From Gammaproteobacteria bacterium (lineage in GTDB: Bacteria; Pseudomonadota; Gammaproteobacteria; Arenicellales; Poriferihabitantaceae): a stretch of 45,723 nucleotides of DNA. The position numbers and the translations under genes were made by a program. This document shows, one piece after another, positions 18,857-27,190 of this stretch (the first letter of the stretch is position 1; the number at the start of each line of letters is the position of its first letter). The notes beneath the pieces are model-generated. The model did no database searches. It had not been told where the DNA came from and saw nothing but the letters and a program-made list of their open reading frames with translations. The stretch lies in the NCBI GenBank assembly GCA_022826305.1, contig JAJDVC010000024.1, positions 1 to 45,723 of the forward strand. The letters run 5' to 3'.

Positions 18857-19705
18857 TCAATCCCGATCGGGCACAACCTGCTGGACCTGGGTCCCAAGTC
18901 CTCTGATTCCCAGTTGTATCCGATCCCCTGCCCGGAGAAATTCGGGAGGCGAATGTCCAAGGCCAACGCCGGATGGCGTACCGGTAGCGATGATATCCCC
19001 GGCATGCAGCCGCATGAACCGGCTGGTATAGGCTATCAGTTCCATGACATTGAATATCATCGTACCGGTTGAGCCACGCTGTTTCGCCCTGCCATTTACA
19101 TCAAGCCACATTTCCAGTCTCTGGGGGTCCCTGATCTCGTCCCGGGTAACCAGCCAGGGTCCGATCGGACCGAATCCGTCATACGACTTGCCCTTGACCC
19201 ACTGCCCGGCGCCCTCAAGCTGGTAAGCGCGCTCGGAGATGTCGTTAACCACGCAGTATCCGGCTATGTGTCTCAACGCATCAGACTCCCTGATGCGAAT
19301 GCCGGGTTTCCCGATCACCACGCCCAGTTCGACTTCCCAGTCGGTTTTGCCGGAACCGGGAGGAAGTCGCACGGGGTCGTTGGCTCCCGAAATTGACGAG
19401 GTCGCCTTCATGAACAGCACAGGCTCTTTCGGCGGCGCCATGCCGGCTTCGGCAGCATGATCAGAGTAGTTCAGGCCGATACCGATGAACTTGCCGACAC
19501 TCCCCACGCAAGGTCCGAATCGCGGTTCTCCTTCAACCCTCGGCAAGGCCGACAGGTCAAGCGAACCGATCCTTCGAAGTGACTCATCAAGCAATGCGTC
19601 GCCAGCCACATCCGGGATGACACCGGACAGGTCACGCAGGTCGTTGTTCGAGTCGATGACCCCGGGCCTTTCAGTGCCGGGAGAACCGTATCTGATCAGC
19701 TTCAT
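18857..19705 (-). CDS. Fumarylacetoacetate hydrolase (FAH) family protein
   Basis: The ATG at 19705 is preceded by AGGAGA. The product is 282 aa starting MKLIRYG, with an FAH-fold C-terminal domain (GIGLNYSDHA, EVELGVVIGK, GDIIATGTPSGVG). Confidence 0.85.
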   Translation of the reverse strand: MKLIRYGSPGTERPGVIDSNNDLRDLSGVIPDVAGDALLDESLRRIGSLDLSALPRVEGEPRFGPCVGSVGKFIGIGLNYSDHAAEAGMAPPKEPVLFMKATSSISGANDPVRLPPGSGKTDWEVELGVVIGKPGIRIRESDALRHIAGYCVVNDISERAYQLEGAGQWVKGKSYDGFGPIGPWLVTRDEIRDPQRLEMWLDVNGRAKQRGSTGTMIFNVMELIAYTSRFMRLHAGDIIATGTPSGVGLGHSPPEFLRAGDRIQLGIRGLGTQVQQVVPDRD

Positions 19706-19874
19706 CGTCTCTCCTGCATCTGCCGAAGCCGGATCAGCCCAAAGGGCTGCATGCCGCCGGCATGGCGGTCGTCTGATTCCTGCCGACACCTCATGCCGTG
19801 AGGGCTGCAACCGATCCGGACCGGTGATGAACAGTGCAGCTGCCGGAGAACCGGCGCCAGGTACTCGATGAATC

Positions 19875-20957
19875 TCAAAGAACGCCCCCTGCAATGAGAC
19901 CAAGGGGGTCAGCCGGATCCAGATGGTCCATGTACACCTTGCCGCGCTCGCTGTTCGCTACCTGATAAACCAGTCCCAGCCAGTTGTTGACGATGGCCTT
20001 TCCCGTGTCGGACCATGTCACATCCACCATCCGGGCAAGCATGTCCTCGGGAAATGCGCCGGCCGACCGGGGATTGCCCGCCGATGCCATGACCGCATCC
20101 CGGTAGGCGCCCGCAATGTCCAGAGCCTCGCCGGTAAAATAGTTCTCCGGAAACGGCGGATAGCTTTCCCGGGTCCCTTCGACATAACGGACCACTTCGC
20201 GCTTGTATTCTTTCAGCAGGCTTACTGCATCATATTCCGGATGACCCTGAAAGAAAACAAACCGGAAACCGTCCGGACTGACGCCGAGATGCAGGTCCGA
20301 AACGGGGCTTTTTGCCAGAACCGGCAATCCGGCCGTCCTGAACTGCTGCACGTTCACTTCGTACACGTGGGAGTGCGGGGCGTCGAAACGGCTGTCAATG
20401 TTGCCGGTCAGCGGATGAAACTGCCCGGTTACGCGATTCGAGTAGACACCCCAGCGCTTTTCCGGGAGCGGATACCTTTCAAGGCCGAACAGCATCTGGA
20501 CGATTGCATGGGTAGCCAGACAGGAGCACATTACCGAACAGACATTGTCCTTTGCCCAGTGCACAACCCGCTCCAGAGGCTGCCAGAACGGTTCCTGTGT
20601 AATGTCCGGCTGCACGGGGTTAGCACCTGACAGGATAAGCGCATCAAGGCCCTGCTCCTGCAGGATTTCAAAGTTGCTGTAGTAACGTCTGATATGCCCG
20701 GACGCCTGCTCCGCTCTCGGTATCTCGGGGAATGTGAAGGGATGGACGTAAAACTGTGCGATACGGTTGCAGGAGCCAACCAGACGCATGAACTGCCTTT
20801 CCGTTGCCTCCAGGGCAGCATCCGGCATCATGTTCAGCAAGCCGATATGCAATTCGCGGATATCCTGCGTCTTCGCCCGGTGCGGCTCCAGCACCTCATG
20901 CCCTTCCCTGCGTAACCGCTCAAAACTGGGCAAGCCGGAATGTGCAACCAGGGGCAT
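19875..20957 (-). CDS. metA: Homoserine O-acyltransferase, MetA family
   Basis: 360 aa. HIGLLNMMPD near the N-terminus, the catalytic-Cys region CSVMCSCLATHA, and FFQGHPEYD are all present. Confidence 0.88.
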   Translation of the reverse strand: MPLVAHSGLPSFERLRREGHEVLEPHRAKTQDIRELHIGLLNMMPDAALEATERQFMRLVGSCNRIAQFYVHPFTFPEIPRAEQASGHIRRYYSNFEILQEQGLDALILSGANPVQPDITQEPFWQPLERVVHWAKDNVCSVMCSCLATHAIVQMLFGLERYPLPEKRWGVYSNRVTGQFHPLTGNIDSRFDAPHSHVYEVNVQQFRTAGLPVLAKSPVSDLHLGVSPDGFRFVFFQGHPEYDAVSLLKEYKREVVRYVEGTRESYPPFPENYFTGEALDIAGAYRDAVMASAGNPRSAGAFPEDMLARMVDVTWSDTGKAIVNNWLGLVYQVANSERGKVYMDHLDPADPLGLIAGGVL

Positions 20958-21097
20958 GGGGAATTCGGATGCGGATCAGAAATCGGGTGCCGCAACCCGA
21001 TATCGTTCGACAGTCAGACGGGAATGGGAGTTTCCGGGATGCTGGACACCCGGTCCGTTGCAGGTCATTGAAGGATGCGGCATATCACAACGTCACG

Positions 21098-21940
21098 TCA
21101 GGATCCGACCATGCCGTCACAGATGAAGTCGATGATATCCTGTTCGTCCCGCAGTTCCGATATCTGCTCGGCCTCCACCGTGTATCCGTATTTTCCGGCA
21201 ATGTGTTCATATTGCGGCCTGCGGTAGCTGACCAGGGCCGGAAACACCCATTGAACGAACTCATCAGGGTCTACTTCCCGCTCGGAACCAAGATCCATTT
21301 CCTCAAGATACTGCGCAAGGTGCTCATCCAGAAAATCACTTTCGTAAAACAGCGGCTTGGGCTTGCCTCTGGCCCGCTCGATAAGAACATGCTCCATGGC
21401 GCTACTGGCATGGAGATAAAGGATCACGGTCGACCGGGAAAGCTCATCCCAGCACTCCTCGTCGGTCAGCCCGCAAATGCTGCCACCCGCATCGTTCAGG
21501 AAATGCGGGTAGCCATAGAGGCCCCTTGCCCTGGTCATGAAGGCAGGGATATCGGCCATGGCGCGTATTTCGGCGTCTCGAAACAGCGACTGACGGCGCT
21601 TGAACTCGTCCAGGCTCAGCCCACCACGGTCCGGGCTGCCGACTTTCCCGAGAAAGCCGGACATGGAATACTGCTGATCGATAGAGAAATTGTTCCGGAT
21701 ATAGATGGAATCCCTGATCAGCAGATCCCTCAGCACGGGATCCTGCATGGCCAGACGTTTCGCCTCGTCGAGTATCGGCTCATCCAGATACCGGGTCGCG
21801 ATCCGGTAATCCCCCGAGTAGTGAAACCATCTGCTGGCCGGCAGCTTGGACGATATGGTGGTCTTTCCCACCCCTGACATGCCGAGCAGGGTTACGGACT
21901 TGTGGGTCCAGTCTCGAAACTGTCTGGCGGTTAATTTCAT
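21098..21940 (-). CDS. Uncharacterised P-loop NTPase/kinase-like protein
   Basis: 280 aa with Walker A LLGMSGVGKTT near the N-terminus. I recognise no further family. Confidence 0.6.
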   Translation of the reverse strand: MKLTARQFRDWTHKSVTLLGMSGVGKTTISSKLPASRWFHYSGDYRIATRYLDEPILDEAKRLAMQDPVLRDLLIRDSIYIRNNFSIDQQYSMSGFLGKVGSPDRGGLSLDEFKRRQSLFRDAEIRAMADIPAFMTRARGLYGYPHFLNDAGGSICGLTDEECWDELSRSTVILYLHASSAMEHVLIERARGKPKPLFYESDFLDEHLAQYLEEMDLGSEREVDPDEFVQWVFPALVSYRRPQYEHIAGKYGYTVEAEQISELRDEQDIIDFICDGMVGS

Positions 21941-21970
21941 GGATTCGCACGTCTGCCGGCTGCTCGAATT

Positions 21971-22768
21971 CTACATGAACACATGGAGCAATAGCATGCC
22001 CAGAACCACCCGATACCAGACAAAAGGCATGATGCTGAACTTCCTCAGGTACCGGAGGAAGAAATGGATACACAAAAAGGCCACCGATGCGGACACGAGC
22101 ACCGCAAACACGAGTGTCGGCCAGTCAACGGGAGAGGAGTGCGAAAGCAGCTTGTGGCCCTGCCAGACCCCCGCCAGGAAAATGACCGGCGCCGACATCA
22201 GAAAAGAGAACCGGGCAGCCGCCTCACGCGTCAGCCCCATCATCAGCCCTGCCGTAATCGTTACGCCGGAACGCGATGTTCCCGGAATGATCGACATGAC
22301 CTGGGCAATGCTGATGACGAGCACATCCCGAAACACGATATCATCGAGAACCCGCTCGCGTTTGCCCCATATGTCGGCAACGGCAAGCAACACGCCGAAC
22401 CCGATCATGGCAAACGCAATCACCACCGGATCGCGTCCCGCAGTCTCGGCCAGCGATCCGAACAGCAGCCCTGCGACACCTATCAGAAACGTTGCAAACA
22501 GTATCGCCCAGGCCAGCCTGCCGCAAACGGTCCTTTCACGATGGGTTATCGAACGGACCCATGCCCGGGAAAGCTGATACAGGTCCGAACGAAAGTACAT
22601 GACCACGGCAAGCAATGTGCCCACATGCACCGCCACATCGAACCCCAGTCCCTGATCCGGCCAGCCCAGCACAGCGGGCACAAGTACCAGATGCCCCGAA
22701 CTTGAAACCGGGAGAAATTCGGTCAGACCCTGCAAGGCCGCCAGCCAGAAAGCCTCAGACAGATCCAT
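21971..22768 (-). CDS. uppP: Undecaprenyl-diphosphate phosphatase
   Basis: The BacA motif GLTEFLPVSSSGH is present and the protein is polytopic membrane sequence. The track start is TTG at 22780; the ATG at 22768 (MDLSEAFW) overlaps the upstream stop. Confidence 0.9.
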   Translation of the reverse strand: MDLSEAFWLAALQGLTEFLPVSSSGHLVLVPAVLGWPDQGLGFDVAVHVGTLLAVVMYFRSDLYQLSRAWVRSITHRERTVCGRLAWAILFATFLIGVAGLLFGSLAETAGRDPVVIAFAMIGFGVLLAVADIWGKRERVLDDIVFRDVLVISIAQVMSIIPGTSRSGVTITAGLMMGLTREAAARFSFLMSAPVIFLAGVWQGHKLLSHSSPVDWPTLVFAVLVSASVAFLCIHFFLRYLRKFSIMPFVWYRVVLGMLLLHVFM

Positions 22769-23910
22769 CAGAGGCGACAACGCTTGTCCTGCATGGCAAA
22801 TCCGGACAGGGGACGGGTATAGTCACGGGTCAGTGCCAGCACCTTGAAAAACTCTCCCATTTCATGCGGCAGGGTCAGCTTCTTCAGTTCCTGTGATCGT
22901 TGCAGGGATTCCACTGTCGTATCGATATTCGCGAGCAGGGCCATGTTCCTGTCCAGCAAGCCCAGGGATATGAGGAAACTGCCGAGCGTACAATACCCCG
23001 CAACAACAGCTCCCGCACGCCTCCCGGCCTCTGCCGCCGCACTGAATTCCACATGTGCAGTGATGTCCTGAAGCCCCGGAAGATGAAACGGATCAGGGTG
23101 GGAACGGTGCCGATGATGACACATGAGTGTACCATCCGTGCGGTCCCAGTGATAATACTCGTCGCGGCTGAACCCGTAATCGATCTGAAGCAGCGCGCCA
23201 CACCGCAGCATCCCCACGACAGTGGCAACCCATGACTCGGCCAGCATGCCCACCTCGCCCTGATAGCCTGCAGGCAACCCCAGGGCAGCAATCCGGTCCG
23301 AGACGGCCTGCGGCAAGTGGGTGTCCGAAATCGCCCAGCAGGGTTTTCCGTCCGCCAGGCCCACGCCCAGCTCCCTGGGGACGCCATCGCGCGCCATCCT
23401 GAACCGCTTGAACGGGATTGCGTCAAGTACCTCGTTGGCAAGCATGACGCCGTTTACAGCCGACGGCAGGTCACTTGTCCATACCACCTTCCCTCCTGTC
23501 GCGAATCCGCGTCGCTTCAGCAGGGATTGCTGCCTTTCCTTGAGGTCCGCGCTGGTCTCGACGATCACGTAGCGATCAGGCAGGGACTGGATGCTGCCGA
23601 GATAATCCAGGATATCTGCAGCCATGATGCCTGTCCCCGCACCGAACTCGATCAGGACCCTTTCATGTTCCGGGTCAACATTCTCCAGGATTTCGGCACA
23701 TTGCACTGCCAGGCAATGTGCAAACTGGCTGCCGAGCATTGGAGCGGTGACATAGTCCCCTCCGTCACCCAGCTTCACGGTTCCCGACGAATAGTATCCC
23801 GAACCGGGCGTGTACAGCACGATCTGCATGTAGTCATCAAAGCCAATCCAGCCGCCGCTGTCCCTGATGACACGCCGGACAGTTTCCATCATCTGTCCGG
23901 AATGAGCCAT
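22768..23910 (-). CDS. MidA/NDUFAF7-like SAM-dependent methyltransferase (DUF185)
   Basis: The ATG at 23910 gives 380 aa, with FDDYMQIVLYTPGSGYYS and EFGAGTGIMAADIL motifs. The longer track ORF overlaps the divergent SDR gene region. Confidence 0.8.
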   Translation of the reverse strand: MAHSGQMMETVRRVIRDSGGWIGFDDYMQIVLYTPGSGYYSSGTVKLGDGGDYVTAPMLGSQFAHCLAVQCAEILENVDPEHERVLIEFGAGTGIMAADILDYLGSIQSLPDRYVIVETSADLKERQQSLLKRRGFATGGKVVWTSDLPSAVNGVMLANEVLDAIPFKRFRMARDGVPRELGVGLADGKPCWAISDTHLPQAVSDRIAALGLPAGYQGEVGMLAESWVATVVGMLRCGALLQIDYGFSRDEYYHWDRTDGTLMCHHRHRSHPDPFHLPGLQDITAHVEFSAAAEAGRRAGAVVAGYCTLGSFLISLGLLDRNMALLANIDTTVESLQRSQELKKLTLPHEMGEFFKVLALTRDYTRPLSGFAMQDKRCRL

Positions 23911-24070
23911 CAGACATCGTTCCGGTCTGCAGTTCATGACCAAATACGGAAGCGATCTGTGGTATGGTTTCCGCTTGCACGACCGGGGCATGTGCCTGAA
24001 ACAGCCGTGCAGGCGGAACGAACAGGCCAACGTGCCGAAAAACCGATTGAACCGGGACTCATTGAACAGT

Positions 24071-24817
24071 ATGACCGATAGTCTTGAAGGGAAGACCCTG
24101 CTTGTCACGGGCGGGGCGGTCCGGATAGGAGCCGCCGTAACACGCTTCCTGCATCAACAGGGTGCACGCATCATCGTTCATTACCATACCAGCAAGCAGC
24201 AGGCAGTTTCCCTGTGCGACCAGCTCAGCACCCTGCGCCGGAACTCGGTGATCCTGGCACAGGGAGACCTGAAAAACATTTCCGAAATACAGCATGTATT
24301 CAATGATGCCATTGGTCACGAGGAGAAACTTGATGGGCTGATCAACAATGCCTCCCGATTTTATCCAACTCCCCTGGATTCGGCCAACGCACAACAGTGG
24401 CACGATCTGGTAGGCAGCAACATGATGGCGCCCTACTTCCTGAGTCAATGGGCGGCACCCTACCTGAGGCAGTCCCGGGGGTCCATCATCAACATAACGG
24501 ACATCCATGCCGAAAAGCCGCTGACCGACCACTCGATTTACTGTTCATCAAAAGCCGGCCTGGCCTCCCTTACCCGTTCCCTGGCCGTGGAGCTTGGACC
24601 GCATATCCGGGTGAATGCCATCGCCCCCGGCGCCATACTCTGGCCGACGGGCAGTACCGGGGACAAGGAGGAGCGTTCCGAGATCGTTTCACGCACACCG
24701 CTGAAACAGACGGGAAAGCCGGAGGATATTGCTCAGGCCGTCCACTTCCTGCTGACCGCTGCCGATTTCATCACCGGACAGATTCTCTATCTGGATGGAG
24801 GACGCAGCATTGCATGA
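24071..24817 (+). CDS. Short-chain dehydrogenase, pteridine reductase / FolM-like
   Basis: The ATG at 24071 gives 248 aa. Cofactor motif is LVTGGAVRIGAA and the catalytic motif is YCSSKAG. The overall pattern resembles pteridine reductases. Confidence 0.75.
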   Translation: MTDSLEGKTLLVTGGAVRIGAAVTRFLHQQGARIIVHYHTSKQQAVSLCDQLSTLRRNSVILAQGDLKNISEIQHVFNDAIGHEEKLDGLINNASRFYPTPLDSANAQQWHDLVGSNMMAPYFLSQWAAPYLRQSRGSIINITDIHAEKPLTDHSIYCSSKAGLASLTRSLAVELGPHIRVNAIAPGAILWPTGSTGDKEERSEIVSRTPLKQTGKPEDIAQAVHFLLTAADFITGQILYLDGGRSIA

Positions 24818-24862
24818 AACAACCGGAAACGGTTCCCTGAACCGGACAAGTCAACCGATGCC

Positions 24863-25357
24863 ATGAACTATCGACCACTTTGCCTGTGCGGATTTCTCGT
24901 CTGCTTCCTGCTGATCGCGACAGCGATGTATTTCCAGCATGTGGCAGGACTTGAACCCTGTCCGCTATGTATCTTTCAGCGGATTGCATTTATCACGCTT
25001 GGCGTGATTTTCCTGGTAGCCGGACTGCATGATCCCCGCGGCCTGATGAGGCGGGTATACGCCGTGCTTGCCATGTCGGCAGGGGTGACGGGATCGGCAA
25101 TAGCCGGTCGGCATGTCTGGTTGCAGAACATTCCCGAGGACCAGGTGCCGGAATGCGGGCCGGGGCTCGAATTCATGCTCGAAGCGATGCCGTTCCAGAC
25201 CATGATAAGGCATGTGCTGAAGGGTTCCGGTGAATGCGCGGAGGTGGTATGGACGCTGTTCGGCCTGTCCATGCCGTCGTGGAGCCTGATCTGGCTTGTA
25301 GCGCTGACACTGCTTGCCTTCAGTCTCTGTCGCATCCCCGCATCGCTGCGTTCATGA
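24863..25357 (+). CDS. dsbB: Disulfide bond formation protein B
   Basis: 164 aa with four TM segments. First periplasmic pair is CPLC, and a second Cys pair lies in the large loop (ECGPG...GECAE). Confidence 0.88.
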   Translation: MNYRPLCLCGFLVCFLLIATAMYFQHVAGLEPCPLCIFQRIAFITLGVIFLVAGLHDPRGLMRRVYAVLAMSAGVTGSAIAGRHVWLQNIPEDQVPECGPGLEFMLEAMPFQTMIRHVLKGSGECAEVVWTLFGLSMPSWSLIWLVALTLLAFSLCRIPASLRS

Positions 25358-25944
25358 CTTTCGACAGCCTGTGCAGGGAAATCCGGCAGTGCACCCGATG
25401 CGCCTCCCACCTGCCCCGCGGGCCCAATCCGGTCTTCCGGGCGCAGCCGGAGGCCAGAATCCTGATAGTCGGGCAGGCGCCCGGGATCCGGGTTCACACC
25501 ACCGGTATCCCGTTCAATGATCCGAGCGGCGATCGCCTGCGTGCCTGGATGGGGGTGGACAGCGACGTATTCTACGACGACTCCCGGATTGCGCTGGTGC
25601 CCATGGGATTCTGCTATCCCGGCACCGGGCCGAACGGCGATCTTCCGCCGCGGGCCGAATGCGCCAGGACCTGGAGAACACCGTTGCTTGCACACCTGTC
25701 AAACATTGTCCTGACCCTGGCGGTAGGGCAGTATGCCATCTCCTGGCATCTTGGAGCGGCAATGCAGAAGAACCTGACCGAAACCGTGAGACACTGGCGG
25801 TCCCATGGTCCGGCGCTGATTCCCTTGCCGCACCCGAGCCCGAGAAACAATCTCTGGCTCGGCAGGAACCCATGGTTCGAGCAGGAAGTTGTTCCGGACC
25901 TGCAGAAAGCAGTCTCCCGGGCGCTGGAAAGGCGCCGTCCATGA
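25354..25944 (+). CDS. Uracil-DNA glycosylase superfamily protein
   Basis: The ATG at 25354 overlaps the dsbB stop (ATGA). The product is 196 aa with a GQAPG motif and a C-terminal HPSPRN motif typical of UDG-fold families 4-6. Confidence 0.75.
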   Translation: MTFDSLCREIRQCTRCASHLPRGPNPVFRAQPEARILIVGQAPGIRVHTTGIPFNDPSGDRLRAWMGVDSDVFYDDSRIALVPMGFCYPGTGPNGDLPPRAECARTWRTPLLAHLSNIVLTLAVGQYAISWHLGAAMQKNLTETVRHWRSHGPALIPLPHPSPRNNLWLGRNPWFEQEVVPDLQKAVSRALERRRP

Positions 25945-26041
25945 CGGCGCCGATCAACCCGTCGGCAACCGGTTTCTTCGCCCGGAAGCACTGATGCGGA
26001 AACCGGCCCGCCCGGGGGGCGCGCCCTGATCGGGATCGCTG

Positions 26042-27190
26042 TCAATCCTTCAGATCCGGTACGGCAGTGCGCTCCGCATACCAGCAGGCGAAGTTTCCGA
26101 CACAGGGCTCGAGATCCGAGAACCTGCCCTGGGTCGCACCCGGGGAAGCCAGACCTGCCTGCTGCCTTTCCAGGACCGGGATATCCTCCGCTATCGCACT
26201 ATCCACCCGTGCACGGTATGATCTGGCCCTTTCCGCATAATCGGCCCTGCGTGTCGTGGCAGAGGGAAAGCACACGCTCTGGACAACCCGCGTAAGCACC
26301 GGGGACAACGGGAAAACGTGATACCCCCACAAGCAGTCCATGCTGGCGGCAAAGGTCAGGTTCGGATAAACCCAGGTATAACGGGTTCCCGAGCGTTCCT
26401 GACCCTCCAGAAGCTCCATTACGGGGAAAGCCTCATCCTGATTCTCGTCCAGCAGTCCGGGATTGCTGCGGGTAATGCCGAACTGCGACGTGAACTGGCC
26501 GAATACCGGGTCAGGCGGATCCGGTTCACAGTAGTGCTGACTGATCGAATCCGGATGCACATAGGGTAAATGGTAGTACTCGTTGAACACTTCCATGAAC
26601 AGTTTCCAGTTGCACTTCACATCGAAAGTCCGAGTGGCGCCGAGTGCCAGGTCTTCCAGGGACCAGCGCCGGTGAAGATCGGAAAAGTCATCCAGCCAGC
26701 TCCCGAGCGGCTCGGGATCCTCCTCGAGACTGACAAAGACATATCCCCCGCAGGTGTCAAGCGGAAATCGGCGCAACCTGTGGTCACACTCGCGAAACCC
26801 GGTTGCCTGCTCCATTCTGGATGCAGAGATCAGCTGTCCGGCATGATCATAGGTCCAGCCATGGAAAGGGCAGACCAGCATCCTGGAGTTTCCGGAACCA
26901 TCAGCAATCAGGCTGCCCCGATGCAGACAGGTATTGGACAGTGCGCCTAACCGAAGATTCTCCTGCCGCACGACAACTATCTGCGCCCCGGCAATTTCCA
27001 GCGCCAGATAGTCACCGGGCTGCTTCCACTGATCCTCCCTGCCCACACACAGCCATCCCTTGCGGAAAACGCGATCCAGTTCATGTCCGTACCATGCGCT
27101 GTCGTGATAGCAGGCCGGCGGCAGGGTCCGGGAACCCGAGACCGGATAATGGACATCTGCCAGTGCTTCCAGCATGTCACCTGAAAACAT
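26042..27190 (-). CDS. Rieske [2Fe-2S] non-heme-iron oxygenase alpha subunit (choline-monooxygenase-like subgroup suspected)
   Basis: The ATG at 27190 shares 1 nt with the stop of the upstream antiporter-like gene (TGATG). Rieske motif is CLHRG-x-...-CPFHGW (C-x-H-x16-C-x2-H). The mononuclear iron motif is NEYYHLPYVH (H-x4-H). Confidence 0.82.
   Translation of the reverse strand: MFSGDMLEALADVHYPVSGSRTLPPACYHDSAWYGHELDRVFRKGWLCVGREDQWKQPGDYLALEIAGAQIVVVRQENLRLGALSNTCLHRGSLIADGSGNSRMLVCPFHGWTYDHAGQLISASRMEQATGFRECDHRLRRFPLDTCGGYVFVSLEEDPEPLGSWLDDFSDLHRRWSLEDLALGATRTFDVKCNWKLFMEVFNEYYHLPYVHPDSISQHYCEPDPPDPVFGQFTSQFGITRSNPGLLDENQDEAFPVMELLEGQERSGTRYTWVYPNLTFAASMDCLWGYHVFPLSPVLTRVVQSVCFPSATTRRADYAERARSYRARVDSAIAEDIPVLERQQAGLASPGATQGRFSDLEPCVGNFACWYAERTAVPDLKD

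Noticed and set aside
20804-21877. 357-aa plus-strand ORF
   Set aside because: It is antisense to metA and the P-loop gene. The sequence is low-complexity and Arg/Pro/Gly-rich.
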